A DNA stretch of 41,634 nucleotides, taken from a candidate division FCPU426 bacterium (GTDB lineage Bacteria; Oederibacteriota; JAAXVQ01; JAUVAV01). Shown here piece after piece: positions 7,650-17,461 of this stretch. The notes beneath the pieces are model-generated. The model was not told the DNA's origin and did no database searches. It saw only the letters and a program-made list of their open reading frames with translations. A program made the translations under genes and the position numbers. The stretch covers positions 1-41,634 of the forward strand of contig DAOWGI010000063.1 of assembly GCA_030637655.1 (NCBI GenBank). Reading direction: 5' to 3'. The stretch's first letter is position 1, and every line of letters begins with the position of its first letter.

Positions 7650-8669
7650 ATGCCAAGACAGAGAAGAATTAACATACCTGGAAGTATTTGTCATGTTATT
7701 ACACGCGGTATTAATGGAACAGCTATATTTAAAAATCGAAAAGATCGAGTGGAGTTTCTAACTCGATTGGAATCAGGACTCGAGAAAACCAAAAGCTGCT
7801 GCTATGCCTGGGCCTTGATGAATAATCACATCCACCTATTAATTCGCACTGGTGAATTATCCTTGAGCGAGTTGATGCGTAAACTTTTAACCGGATATGC
7901 AATATATTTTAACCGCAAGCATAAACGGAGCGGGTATTTATTTCAAAATCGATATAAATCAATATTGTGCCAGGAAGATACTTATTTTTTAGAACTAATT
8001 CGCTATATTCATCTAAATCCAGTTCGCGCCGGATTTATTAAAGAACTTGCTCAATTGAATCAATATCCCTGGACAGGGCACTCAGTTATAGTTGCTAAAG
8101 AAGTCAGAGAGTGGCAAGCAGTAAATGAGGTTTTATTAAGATTTGCTGATAAAAAAGAGAAAGCAGTAAGCAAATATCTTGATTATATCCTGGATGGGTG
8201 GGCAACGCAGCGCAGGGATGATTTAATTGGTGGTGGATCGAAAAGAAGTGCCGGAATATGGACAAATATTGTAGAGATGAAAAAAAACCAAGAAATTTGG
8301 CAGGGTGACGAAAGGATATTGGGTGATGGAGATTTTGTAAATGAGGTGCTTAAATCGGTTGAAGAAAAAATGAGTAAAAAAGAGAAGTTAAAGCAAATGG
8401 GCTGGGATATTCCACGTTTGGTCCGGGAAGTTTGTCAAATAATGTCAATAAAGCCTGAAGAATTATCAAAGCGTGGCCGCAATGATTCGGTTTCAAAAGC
8501 CAGAAGTTTGATTGCTTATTTGGGATATAGAGAATTGGATGTATCGGGTACGAAGTTGGCAAGTTTTCTGAAAATATCCCAATCAGCAGTTTCAGAGTCA
8601 ATTCAGCGGGGAGAAGTTCTGGCTGCTAAATTAGGGATAACCGTATTACCGAACAACGGCTCTCTATAA
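7650..8669 (+). mobile_element. IS200-like Y1 (HUH) transposase, RAYT-type, with C-terminal HTH extension
   Basis: MPRxxR...HVITRG, YAWALMNNHIHLL (HUH), YFNRKHKRSGYLFQNRYKS, RYIHLNPVRAG, YPWTGH; C-terminal ARSLIAYL...LASFLKISQSAVS helix-turn-helix. Confidence 0.9.
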
Positions 8670-8680
8670 AAATAGAGAGC

Positions 8681-8770
8681 GGGGGTTCGGGGGCGGAGCC
8701 CCTGAATCGGATAGGAGGGGCCAGCAAAACGCATCGGCGTTTGCGTCAGGGGGACCTGCGGTCCCCCTGA
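8681..8770. repeat. GC-rich hairpins downstream of the transposase
   Basis: GGGGTTCGGGGGCGGAGCCCCTGA, and the 11-bp stem TCAGGGGGACC-TGC-GGTCCCCCTGA at 8746-8770. Confidence 0.6.
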
Positions 8771-9035
8771 AAGCTCCGCGTCCCGTAATAAAGGAAGGCC
8801 GGAGGCGAATGGATGAGGCGCTGGCCGGGGATGCCATGCCCGTCGGGTCAGGCAATAAACCTCTCCCCAGTCTCCGGTTGTTTATTCATTAACGTCCGTA
8901 TTTTTATTGCTAATATTACTTTGGTGATTAATTCTCATTTCAGTAAAAACCATAATTTGGTTATCTGTATGTGTTATAATTGATCTCTCCTGATTTAATT
9001 TTTCCAAAAAAATATTTATAACATGAGGAAAAAGA

Positions 9036-10376
9036 GTGTTGCAGAAAAAGAATAAAGGAAAAAGTAATCCGATTAAAAAAAATCCGCGTGTATGTTTAAT
9101 CAGCTTGGGCTGTCCTAAAAACCAAGTGGATTCAGAACACGCGTTAGGCGCTTTCCAAGACCAGGGTTTTGTGTTGGAAGCAGAACCGGAAAAAGCGGAT
9201 GTGTTAATTATTAACACCTGTGCTTTTATCCGGAGCGCTGAGGAAGAAACCATACAAGCGGTATTGGAAGCGGCGCAAGTAAAGAAAACCGGACGCGCTC
9301 GTTTTTTACTGGTGGTGGGTTGCTGGGTTTCCAAATATAGTGAGAATAAACTCCGTCACTTGGTTCCGGAAATCGATGCCGTGGCGCCGCCTGGTGAAAT
9401 ATCACAATGGGTTCAACACGTCCAAACTTTTTTTCAAACCACGCCCGGTTCAGCGCGGCGTGTGTCCACCCGACCTCTGCTCTCAAATCCCGGAACAGCC
9501 TATTTGAAAATTGCCGAAGGGTGTTCGCGTCGTTGCGCGTTCTGCATCATCCCCCGTTTGCGCGGTAATTTACAGTCGCGACCCATGGAAGCCCTGGTGT
9601 CCGAAGCCCGCCGGTTGGTACGCGACGGTGTACTTGAGATTATACTGATAGCTCAGGATACCACGAGCTATGGCTGTGATATTTATGGCAAAAAGATGTT
9701 GCCGGATCTGTTGCGTCAGTTGGTTCGGATTCCCAAGCTTCGCTGGCTGCGTGTAATGTACACCAATCCCGATGGAATTGACCAAGCTTTGATTGGTTTG
9801 CTGGCAAGTGAAAAAAAACTCTGTTCGTATGTGGATATGCCGCTCCAGCATGTGCATCCGAAAATTTTACGCGCCATGCGCCGGCCGGGAAATGCCCGGA
9901 CATATTTACAATTAATTTATCGACTTCGTACGCTGGTTCCTGGTATTGTATTAAGGACTACGTTGCTGTGCGGATTTCCAGGGGAAACCGAAAAAGAGCA
10001 CTTGGCATTGCGTCAATTTATTCAGACAGCGCAATTTGACCGCTTGGGTGTTTTTGCTTTTTCTCCGGAAGCAGGAACACGCGCGGTTGAGTTGCCGCAT
10101 CAGGTGCATCCGAAAACACGCGAGCGACGGCGCCGGGAATTGATGGAACAACAACTGAAAATCAGCCGGGAGCGATTGGCTCGCCGGGTGGGCGGGATTG
10201 TTGAATGCCTGGTAGAAGAACCCTCGGGCGGCAAGCATTGTGTTGGACGGACGGTCTATGATGCGCCGGAAGTGGATGGCGGGATTGTATTGACCGGAAA
10301 AGCGCCTGTCGGAAGCATTGTTCGTGCGCGTATTACCGGATCTACGGACCATGACCTTGAAGGAGTAGTGCTGTGA
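9036..10376 (+). CDS. rimO: Ribosomal protein S12 methylthiotransferase
   Basis: SLGCPKNQVDSE, INTCAFI, AYLKIAEGCSRRCAFCIIP radical-SAM motif, DAPEVDG TRAM domain. Confidence 0.95.
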   Translation: MLQKKNKGKSNPIKKNPRVCLISLGCPKNQVDSEHALGAFQDQGFVLEAEPEKADVLIINTCAFIRSAEEETIQAVLEAAQVKKTGRARFLLVVGCWVSKYSENKLRHLVPEIDAVAPPGEISQWVQHVQTFFQTTPGSARRVSTRPLLSNPGTAYLKIAEGCSRRCAFCIIPRLRGNLQSRPMEALVSEARRLVRDGVLEIILIAQDTTSYGCDIYGKKMLPDLLRQLVRIPKLRWLRVMYTNPDGIDQALIGLLASEKKLCSYVDMPLQHVHPKILRAMRRPGNARTYLQLIYRLRTLVPGIVLRTTLLCGFPGETEKEHLALRQFIQTAQFDRLGVFAFSPEAGTRAVELPHQVHPKTRERRRRELMEQQLKISRERLARRVGGIVECLVEEPSGGKHCVGRTVYDAPEVDGGIVLTGKAPVGSIVRARITGSTDHDLEGVVL

Positions 10377-11017
10377 ATACTTGGCAACGTTTTATGCGAA
10401 TGAATCTACCTAACAAGTTGACCATGGGGAGAATTGCTTCAGTACCTCTCTTCGTGGCCTGTTTGCTCTCTGGGAATCTCTGGGGACAATACTTGGCATT
10501 GCTGGTTTTTGTTGCCGCTGCCATATCAGACTATTGGGATGGCAAAATTGCCCGGGAACGGAATTTGGTCACTAATTTCGGACGTATTATGGATCCTTTG
10601 GCAGATAAGCTTTTGATGGCCTCGGCATTTATCTCATTTGTCCAAATGGGTTTTGCCCCGGCCTGGATGGTTATACTGATTATCGGCCGGGAATTTGCGA
10701 TTACCGGTTTGCGTATTTTGGCAGCAGTGCAAGGCAGAGTAATTGCAGCCTCTACTTCCGGAAAACACAAAACCATCTCCCAAATTGTGGCGGTGATTCT
10801 CATTTTGGTCGTCAACAGTGTGGTTGCCTCCTTACAAGCCTGGGTTCCGCCTTGGCAGGAGACACTTCGCGGTTTGGGCGCAGGGGGGAAGGCGATGATT
10901 CATTTTGCTGATTACGCGCCGTATTGGGCTATGTTTATCGTGGCTGGGCTCTCCCTATATTCGGGAGTTGAATATTTGATAAAGAATAGAGAGTTGCTCC
11001 AGGATCCCCATTCATGA
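10373..11017 (+). CDS. pgsA: CDP-diacylglycerol--glycerol-3-phosphate 3-phosphatidyltransferase
   Basis: MNLPNKLT, DYWDGKIAR...FGRIMDPLADK, GREFAITGLR, GKHKT. Confidence 0.95.
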   Translation: MNTWQRFMRMNLPNKLTMGRIASVPLFVACLLSGNLWGQYLALLVFVAAAISDYWDGKIARERNLVTNFGRIMDPLADKLLMASAFISFVQMGFAPAWMVILIIGREFAITGLRILAAVQGRVIAASTSGKHKTISQIVAVILILVVNSVVASLQAWVPPWQETLRGLGAGGKAMIHFADYAPYWAMFIVAGLSLYSGVEYLIKNRELLQDPHS

Positions 11018-11463
11018 AATATTTCCATCTTGTCATAGCAACCGTTTTCGGGGCAGGATATTTTCCCATTGCCTCCGGAACTTTTGGCACGTTAGTGGCT
11101 GTGTTACCTTATTATATGTTGCGCGGAAATGTTTGGGCATATACGCTTGCGACCCTGCTCTGCTTGGTTTTAGGTGTATGGACAGCCACGGCTGTTGAGT
11201 CTATTTTGCATGAAAAAGACTCCGGCAAAATAGTGATTGATGAGGTTGCCGGATATCTTGTAACTATGGCATTTTTGCCCCATCACTGGTTTTATCCCAT
11301 GGCCGGATTTGTTTTGTTTCGTTTGCTCGACGTCTGGAAACCGTTTGGGATTCGCAAGTCGCAGCAGTTGACCGGCGGTTGGGGTGTGATGATTGATGAT
11401 GTGCTGGCCGGCGTGGCGGCTAATTGTATACTTCGCGGACTAAGCTTGTTTTTGACACTTTAA
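11014..11463 (+). CDS. pgpA: Phosphatidylglycerophosphatase A
   Basis: ASGTFGT, DSGKIVIDEVAG, FRLLDVWKP, GVMIDDVLAG. Confidence 0.95.
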   Translation: MKYFHLVIATVFGAGYFPIASGTFGTLVAVLPYYMLRGNVWAYTLATLLCLVLGVWTATAVESILHEKDSGKIVIDEVAGYLVTMAFLPHHWFYPMAGFVLFRLLDVWKPFGIRKSQQLTGGWGVMIDDVLAGVAANCILRGLSLFLTL

Positions 11464-11487
11464 TTTCTGTGGTTGGAGGCAAAACGC

Positions 11488-12978
11488 ATGCAGTACACAA
11501 AAATGATTTTTACCTTGGGTCCGGCAACCGATCGGCCCGGTGTGCTGGCAAGATTAATTCAGAGCGGGATGGATTGCGCGCGCTTAAATTTTTCACATGG
11601 AACGCACGCCGAGCAGGCACGCCGATTTTGGCAAGTTAAAAACGAGGCCAAACGCTTGGGCCAACCCATTGCGATTCTAATGGACTTAACCGGTCCAAAA
11701 CTCCGGGTAGGACAATTTAATAAGGGCGAAATCCGTTTGGCGCAACAGACAAAAGTCAGGATTACCCCCCGGAATGTCAAAGGACACGAAGGTCTTATAC
11801 CCATTACCTATAAAAATTTAGCTGCTGAGATTAAAGTAGGGGACCAAATTTTATTGGATGATGGTCTCATTCGTCTGCAGGTGATTAAAAAAATAAAACC
11901 GGACATTATATGTCGGGTGGAAATCGGCGGTTTGCTGCGTGATCGCAAGGGCATGAATTTGCCCGGGATTGCCGTTAAAGCGCCGGCTTTAACCGGCAAA
12001 GACCGCAAGGATTTAAAATTTGGGCTCAGCTTGGGTGTGGATTATGTGGCTTTATCCTTTGTTCGTCAAGCCAAGGAAATGAAAACTTTACGTCAATTGA
12101 TCCAAAAAGCCGGTTCAACTGCCGGGTGTATCGCTAAAATTGAAAAACCGCAAGCTATTCCGCATTTGGAAGAGATCGTGCGAGCCTCGGATGGCATCAT
12201 GATCGCGCGCGGAGACCTGGGTGTGGAAATGGCACCGGAGCAGGTTCCGGTTTTACAAAAGCGTATTATCACAGTGGCCAACCATTATGGTCGTTTGGTG
12301 ATTACAGCTACGCAAATGCTGCAATCCATGATGGATGCGCCGACACCAACCCGCGCGGAAGCCACGGATGTGGCCAATGCGATTTTTGATGGTACTGATG
12401 CGATTATGCTGTCAGGAGAAACAGCGGCCGGTTTGTATCCCTTGCAATCCGCTGAGATGATGTCCCGGATCACAAGCAGCGCGGAAAAAGCGCCGGAGTA
12501 CAATCGGCTTTCCCTCCAATCCCGGCTGGATAATTCCGCCGGAAGGCGTCCCTATACATCACTACGGGCAACCGCAAGGGTTGCCCCTACGGGTTCAAGA
12601 CCGGCGTTCTCTTTTCCGGTCAAGGCCGAGGATAAAGTAGTCGCAGCCGCGGTAGAACTCGCTGAGCAATTGAAGGCAAAAGCTTTGGTGGTTTTTACCC
12701 AGACCGGGAATACTGCTCGACGGGTTTCCCGGCAGCGACCACAGGTTCCGGTGATTGTTTTGGCCCGTGCTGCTGATGTACAGAGAAAGCTACAATTAAA
12801 TTGGGGTATTCAGGCCTTTTTGATCAAAAGTCACCCAGCCCTGGAGGCTGTGGTGGAAAAAGCGCAGAAGATATTATTAAAGCAAAAATGCGTTCAGCGC
12901 GGTGATACCATTGTTATTCTTGCGAGTTCTCCTAAGGGAACCAAAACGAATTTTATTAAAGTGCATGGTATTGGTTAA
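11488..12978 (+). CDS. pyk: Pyruvate kinase, with ~28-aa in-frame repeat insertion
   Basis: TLGPAT, ARLNFSHG, DLTGPKLR, IAKIE, MIARGDLGVE, ATQML, PTRAEATDVANA, MLSGETA. GGAGG SD precedes ATG 11488. Confidence 0.97.
   Translation: MQYTKMIFTLGPATDRPGVLARLIQSGMDCARLNFSHGTHAEQARRFWQVKNEAKRLGQPIAILMDLTGPKLRVGQFNKGEIRLAQQTKVRITPRNVKGHEGLIPITYKNLAAEIKVGDQILLDDGLIRLQVIKKIKPDIICRVEIGGLLRDRKGMNLPGIAVKAPALTGKDRKDLKFGLSLGVDYVALSFVRQAKEMKTLRQLIQKAGSTAGCIAKIEKPQAIPHLEEIVRASDGIMIARGDLGVEMAPEQVPVLQKRIITVANHYGRLVITATQMLQSMMDAPTPTRAEATDVANAIFDGTDAIMLSGETAAGLYPLQSAEMMSRITSSAEKAPEYNRLSLQSRLDNSAGRRPYTSLRATARVAPTGSRPAFSFPVKAEDKVVAAAVELAEQLKAKALVVFTQTGNTARRVSRQRPQVPVIVLARAADVQRKLQLNWGIQAFLIKSHPALEAVVEKAQKILLKQKCVQRGDTIVILASSPKGTKTNFIKVHGIG
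12538..12621 (-). repeat. Composite repeat insertion inside pyk: reverse copy of the 39-nt repeat interrupted by a GTAG REP
   Basis: 12566..12590 is the exact reverse complement of GTAGGGGCAACCCTTGCGGTTGCCC (1064, 2693). Flanks GCCGGAAGGCGTCCCTATA and TCTTTTCCGGTC are reverse complements of parts of the 13020/26904 repeat. Confidence 0.85.
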
Positions 12979-13019
12979 CAGTAGGGTAGAAAATAATCCC
13001 CTTCGCCGGAGTCCACGGG

Positions 13020-13080
13020 CAGCCCCGACCGGAAAAGATATATAGGGACGCCTTACGGCAGCCCCGACCGGAAAAGATAT
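13020..13080 (+). repeat. 39-nt dispersed repeat, ~1.5 tandem copies
   Basis: CAGCCCCGACCGGAAAAGATATATAGGGACGCCTTACGG, identical to 26904..26981; partial copy at 13211-13233. Confidence 0.92.
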
Positions 13081-13162
13081 GGAACTATGGGACTTCCGCC
13101 GGTTGCCCGTGGGCTTTATAAGATGTCTGGCCGGAATAAAGTGGATATTAAAACCCTGTGGT

Positions 13163-13191
13163 TTGACTTCTTCGTAGATATATTGTAAAAT
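13163..13191 (+). promoter_or_regulatory. Putative sigma70 promoter
   Basis: TTGACT-N17-TAAAAT upstream of 13252. Confidence 0.55.
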
Positions 13192-13251
13192 TTAACGATA
13201 GGTCAAAAGTCCCAACCGGAAAAGATATATAGGAATAGGGTGGTGGGAAAT

Positions 13252-15024
13252 ATGAGAAAATGGTACCTGGTAGCAGTATGTTTAATGCTAGGATTTCCAA
13301 CAACCATTCAAGCTGGTGAATCAGTACTCAGCACAGCAGGGAAGGTCTTGCAAATCAGTCCTGGACCGCGTTGGGTAGCCATGGGTGAAGCGAGTGTCGC
13401 GGCCTGTGATGATATTTACTCGCTCTTTTGGAATCCTGCTGGATTATTCAATATTCGTGCTCCGCAAATTTCCTACATGCATAATCTCTGGTTGCAGGAT
13501 ATACAGGACATGTACATTACGTATGCTCAGCGCATGTTTAAAGGCGGCTTTGCGGGCAGTATTAATTATTTTAACTTCGGCGAATTTGAGAAGATTGATG
13601 TAGATGCTGCAGGATACCCTTTGCCAACCTCAGAGACATTTACTCCCTATACTATGGTCATCACATTAGGTTATGGAACTAGCTTGCTGGATGATTTGGA
13701 TGTCGGTGGTTCCATAAAAATCGTGAATGAGAGTGTGGATACCTTCAGTGCCATGACCCTGGCACTGGATTTGGGTGCGCAGTACAGTAATTTCTTGAAA
13801 GGCTTGGATCTTGGCCTCTCCATTCAGAATTTAGGTGTGCCCTTGGAAGGGTATGGTTTGCCCTTGACCATCAAACTCGGTGCGGCATATAAAATTTTAA
13901 ATAAACGGAAGAACCGTTTTCTAACCGTGGTAGACGTACATTTACCGATTCCGTTTGATCAACCCATTTATACCAACCTAGGGTTGGAGTATTTCTTTTT
14001 CGGCGTTGTGGCAGCACGGGTGGGCTATAAAATTTCTGAAATTAACACTTTAGGGTCTATCTCGGGCATAACTGCCGGGTTGGGTGTGGCAGTTATGAAT
14101 TTCAACCTGGATTATGCGCTGGCTCCTTTTGGTGATTTGGGAATGTCACATCGTATCTCAGTGACGTACGGTTTTGACACAGGGAAGCGCAGCCAAAAAG
14201 CACGCCGTGCCAAGAAACGCCGCACCATCAAACGCGCTGGGATTTCTGAAGTTGCCGGCTCAGGCAAAGTGATGCTGTTGCCAGGTAAAACCGGAACCAC
14301 CAGTCAAGTGATGCTGCCCAAAATGAAGAAAATGGAAATGCGCAAATCGATTTATGTGGAAGTGGATGCGAAAATAAATAATAAGATTGAATCGCAGATA
14401 GACAAAGCGACTTTTAAGCTAAAAATAGAGGCTGGTAAAACTATTGAAAAATGGACACTACTTATTGCGGATGCCAAGGGTAAAGTAGTCAAGAAATATA
14501 CCGGGAAAGGGAAACCCCCGGTGATTGAATGGAACGGCAAAGACAAGCAGGGGCGTAAGTTAAAAGAGACTGTTTTTTGCAAATACGCCTATAAAATTGG
14601 GTTCAAAAATGGAAAATCCCAAACCTTGCAGGGATTGATTGTAAAAAAACCCCTGCGTGATGATCAGCAGACGTCTAAAAAAGAGATGATGCCGCGTGTT
14701 TATTTCCGAGAAGGATCGGCAGATCTCTCGGACAAAGCCATTCGGGCTTTGAAGTCAGTTGCTAAGAAGAGTAAAGGAAAACCATATGTTAAGATTGTGA
14801 TTGAGGGCTACACGGATGGTGTCAATGAAAAATCGGCGGGATTCTTACTTTCGCAACGCCGGGCGGAAACGGTTTCACGGCATTTAACAGCGACCTACAA
14901 GCTGCCCCTAATGAAAATTTCAACGCATGCCAGAGGCAGTAAAAATCCAATTGCAAGCAATCAGTCTGAAAAAAGCCGTCGTCGCAATCGTCGGGTAGAA
15001 ATTACTATTATCTACCGGCAATAA
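13252..15024 (+). CDS. PorV/PorQ-like (UPF0164) outer-membrane barrel fused to an Ig-like segment and an OmpA peptidoglycan-binding domain
   Basis: Signal peptide; GPRWVAMGEA...SLFWNPAGL; LDYALAPFGDLGMSHRISVTY; IEWNGKDKQG; C-terminal IEGYTD...LSQRRAETV...NRRVEI. Confidence 0.85.
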   Translation: MRKWYLVAVCLMLGFPTTIQAGESVLSTAGKVLQISPGPRWVAMGEASVAACDDIYSLFWNPAGLFNIRAPQISYMHNLWLQDIQDMYITYAQRMFKGGFAGSINYFNFGEFEKIDVDAAGYPLPTSETFTPYTMVITLGYGTSLLDDLDVGGSIKIVNESVDTFSAMTLALDLGAQYSNFLKGLDLGLSIQNLGVPLEGYGLPLTIKLGAAYKILNKRKNRFLTVVDVHLPIPFDQPIYTNLGLEYFFFGVVAARVGYKISEINTLGSISGITAGLGVAVMNFNLDYALAPFGDLGMSHRISVTYGFDTGKRSQKARRAKKRRTIKRAGISEVAGSGKVMLLPGKTGTTSQVMLPKMKKMEMRKSIYVEVDAKINNKIESQIDKATFKLKIEAGKTIEKWTLLIADAKGKVVKKYTGKGKPPVIEWNGKDKQGRKLKETVFCKYAYKIGFKNGKSQTLQGLIVKKPLRDDQQTSKKEMMPRVYFREGSADLSDKAIRALKSVAKKSKGKPYVKIVIEGYTDGVNEKSAGFLLSQRRAETVSRHLTATYKLPLMKISTHARGSKNPIASNQSEKSRRRNRRVEITIIYRQ

Positions 15025-15238
15025 CAACAGGCGTTGCAGTACAGGGATTTTACCGAGATGATGGTTTGCCAAAAGCTCTTGCTGTTGGAGGTACAACTAA
15101 CGGCAAGAGTTTTTTTGATCCATTCCGGGGATTGGCAGCGTGCTATAATTTTCGTGCTTGCAACCTGTTTTTTCGACCGGCCAGGCGTTTTATTAGTATC
15201 TTAATTCTCAAATTCGTGTTTTTATGGCAAGAAAATTA

Positions 15239-15374
15239 TTCACCGCAGAGACACAGAGCACGCAGAGAAAGATGGGATAAAAACCGTAGAGACGCGATTA
15301 ATCGCGTCTCTACAGAACAATCTATGTGTCCTCTGCGGTGAATATACCTTTTGGTTCCACCTTGTCCGGGTTAG
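15239..15374. repeat. Composite intergenic repeat: outer inverted repeat enclosing a perfect GTAG REP palindrome
   Basis: TTCACCGCAGAGACACAGA ... TATGTGTCCTCTGCGGTGAA surrounds GTAGAGACGCGATTAATCGCGTCTCTAC (15286..15313); followed by TTTTGGTTCCACCTTGTCCGGGTTAGG. Confidence 0.8.
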
Positions 15375-15384
15375 GAGTTAAACA

Positions 15385-16956
15385 GTGTTAAAAATCGTTA
15401 CCGCCAAAACCATGCAAATCATTGACGCCCAGGCCAGTGAGCAATTTGGTATTCCGGGACATAAATTAATGGAACAAGCCGGAAAACGGTTGGCCGGCCA
15501 GGTACTGCGTTTTGTAGGCAGCGATTCACGCACTTTGGTATCTGTGTTGGCTGGAGGCGGTAAAAACGGCGGTGATGGCCTGGTTTGCGCACGTTATTTG
15601 GCACGCGCCGGGGTAAAAGTGATAGTCTGGCTTTTGGCCGAAAAGTTGGTTCCGGAAACCTTGGAAAATCTGCAGCGTTTGGCCTCGGAAAATGTGCCGG
15701 TTAAACAGTATTCCAATCCTCTGCCTGAGGAATTTTCGAGAGTCTTGGAACGTTCTGATGGTATTGTGGATGCACTGTTGGGTATTGGCATAACCGGGGC
15801 TCCGCGTGAACCTATGGCAACTGCAATACACGCGTGTAATCGTACCAAGAGTATTGTACTCGCCGCGGATATTCCATCGGGATTAAATGCGGATACCGGG
15901 GAGGCGGCAGAACCCACAATCAAGGCGCATTGCACAATTACTTTTGGTTTGCCCAAGATCGGACTGTTGCCCTCAGCAGCAGCAGCCTACACAGGACAAG
16001 TGATCGTAGAGACCATCGGCTTTCCGGATGTTTTGTTGCGCAATACGCAGGAAGAAATTCAGTATTGTGATAAAAATACGGCGGCTGAACATTTGCCGCA
16101 AAAAGCAGTGAATGTTCACAAACGCTCAGCCGGCAAAGTGCTGGTGATTGGGGGGGCAGCCCAATATCACGGAGCAGTACTCCTGGCTGCCATGGGTGCG
16201 AAATTGGCAGGTGCCGGTTATGTGACTATCGCTTATCCCAAAGCGTTGGATACGATTATCCGTTCCCAAACTTTGGAAGAACTCTGTTTGCCCTTGCCGT
16301 GCAGCTCGTCCGGAGTCTTGGGGCTTTCAGCGTTACCCACACTGCTTATAAATGCGGCGGAAGCGGATGCGGTTGTGCTTGGTCCGGGAATGGGCAGGTC
16401 CAAAATAACATTGGAAGTAGTGAAAACTTTTTTAAGGAAAGTCAAGGGTCCGCGTGTGATAGTGATTGATGCGGATGCCTTGCAGGCATTGCCGGCTATG
16501 CGCCTGAGGACGAGGTCCGCTGCGACACCGGCTTTGATTATTACACCGCATGAAGGGGAAGCAGGAATGCTCCTGAAGCAAAGCTGTGAGCAGGTCCGGG
16601 AGAACCGCTGGCAGGCTGCCAAACGCATCTGCGATATCACCCAAGCCGTGGTCTTGCTTAAAGGACAACACACTGTGGTTCAGTCGCCGCAGTCACCCAC
16701 CACTATAATTGGGACCGGGACCCAAGCCTTAGCCACTGCGGGGACTGGAGATGTTTTAGCCGGAGTAATTGCAGCCTTAGCCGCACAAAGGTTGGATGCG
16801 TTTACAGCAACCTGGGTTGGCGCCGCGGTGCAGGGGATGGCCGGAGCTTTGGGCAGCCTGGATCCCTTGGGACAGGGAGTCACTGCCGGCCAGGTAGCGC
16901 GTAATTTGCCGCAGGCAATTTGCTGTTTGCGAAAAACACCGAAAAATATAAATTAG
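15385..16956 (+). CDS. nnr: Bifunctional NAD(P)H-hydrate epimerase/dehydratase (NnrE-NnrD fusion)
   Basis: LMEQAG, GGGKNGGDG, VDALLGIG, DIPSG, LGPGMG, IDADAL, ITPHEGEA, LATAGTGDVLAG. AGGAG SD before GTG. Confidence 0.95.
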   Translation: MLKIVTAKTMQIIDAQASEQFGIPGHKLMEQAGKRLAGQVLRFVGSDSRTLVSVLAGGGKNGGDGLVCARYLARAGVKVIVWLLAEKLVPETLENLQRLASENVPVKQYSNPLPEEFSRVLERSDGIVDALLGIGITGAPREPMATAIHACNRTKSIVLAADIPSGLNADTGEAAEPTIKAHCTITFGLPKIGLLPSAAAAYTGQVIVETIGFPDVLLRNTQEEIQYCDKNTAAEHLPQKAVNVHKRSAGKVLVIGGAAQYHGAVLLAAMGAKLAGAGYVTIAYPKALDTIIRSQTLEELCLPLPCSSSGVLGLSALPTLLINAAEADAVVLGPGMGRSKITLEVVKTFLRKVKGPRVIVIDADALQALPAMRLRTRSAATPALIITPHEGEAGMLLKQSCEQVRENRWQAAKRICDITQAVVLLKGQHTVVQSPQSPTTIIGTGTQALATAGTGDVLAGVIAALAAQRLDAFTATWVGAAVQGMAGALGSLDPLGQGVTAGQVARNLPQAICCLRKTPKNIN

Positions 16957-16999
16957 AAAAGTATTGGCAAGAGCAATGTCAAAAGTCGCAGGAGGAATT

Positions 17000-17461
17000 A
17001 TGAAACACATCAAAGCCAGAGAAATCATGACCAAGGAAGTACTGTCCGTGAAACCGGATACCACTGTTAAAGAAGTTGCTCAGTTTTTTTTAAATAACAA
17101 GATATCCGGCGCTCCGGTATTGGATGAGCAAGAAAACCTGATCGGTATTGTCACGGAAGGGGATGTAATATTTCGTGATGCCAATATTCATTTACCGACA
17201 ATGATTACCCTGTTTGATTCGATTATTTATTTGGAAAGTCCGAATAAATACGCGCACGAATTACAAAAAATTGTGGGCGGTAAAGTAGAAGATATTATGA
17301 CTAAAGAGGTAGTGGCCATTCAGCCGGAAACCGAATTGCAGGAAATGGCCACGATCATGCATGAAAAAAAACGCCATCTTTTGCCTGTGCTGGAGAATGG
17401 AAAAGTGGTTGGTGTTGTTGGTAAAGCAGATATGGTACGAGCGATCGCACAGGAGGAGTAA
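17000..17461 (+). CDS. CBS domain pair protein
   Basis: AREIMT, ISGAPV, LIGIVTEGD, VEDIMT, VVGVV; AGGAGG SD before ATG 17000. Confidence 0.9.
   Translation: MKHIKAREIMTKEVLSVKPDTTVKEVAQFFLNNKISGAPVLDEQENLIGIVTEGDVIFRDANIHLPTMITLFDSIIYLESPNKYAHELQKIVGGKVEDIMTKEVVAIQPETELQEMATIMHEKKRHLLPVLENGKVVGVVGKADMVRAIAQEE

Noticed and set aside
15066-15341. 91-aa + strand ORF
   Set aside because: Runs across intergenic repeats, TTG start, no recognisable domain.
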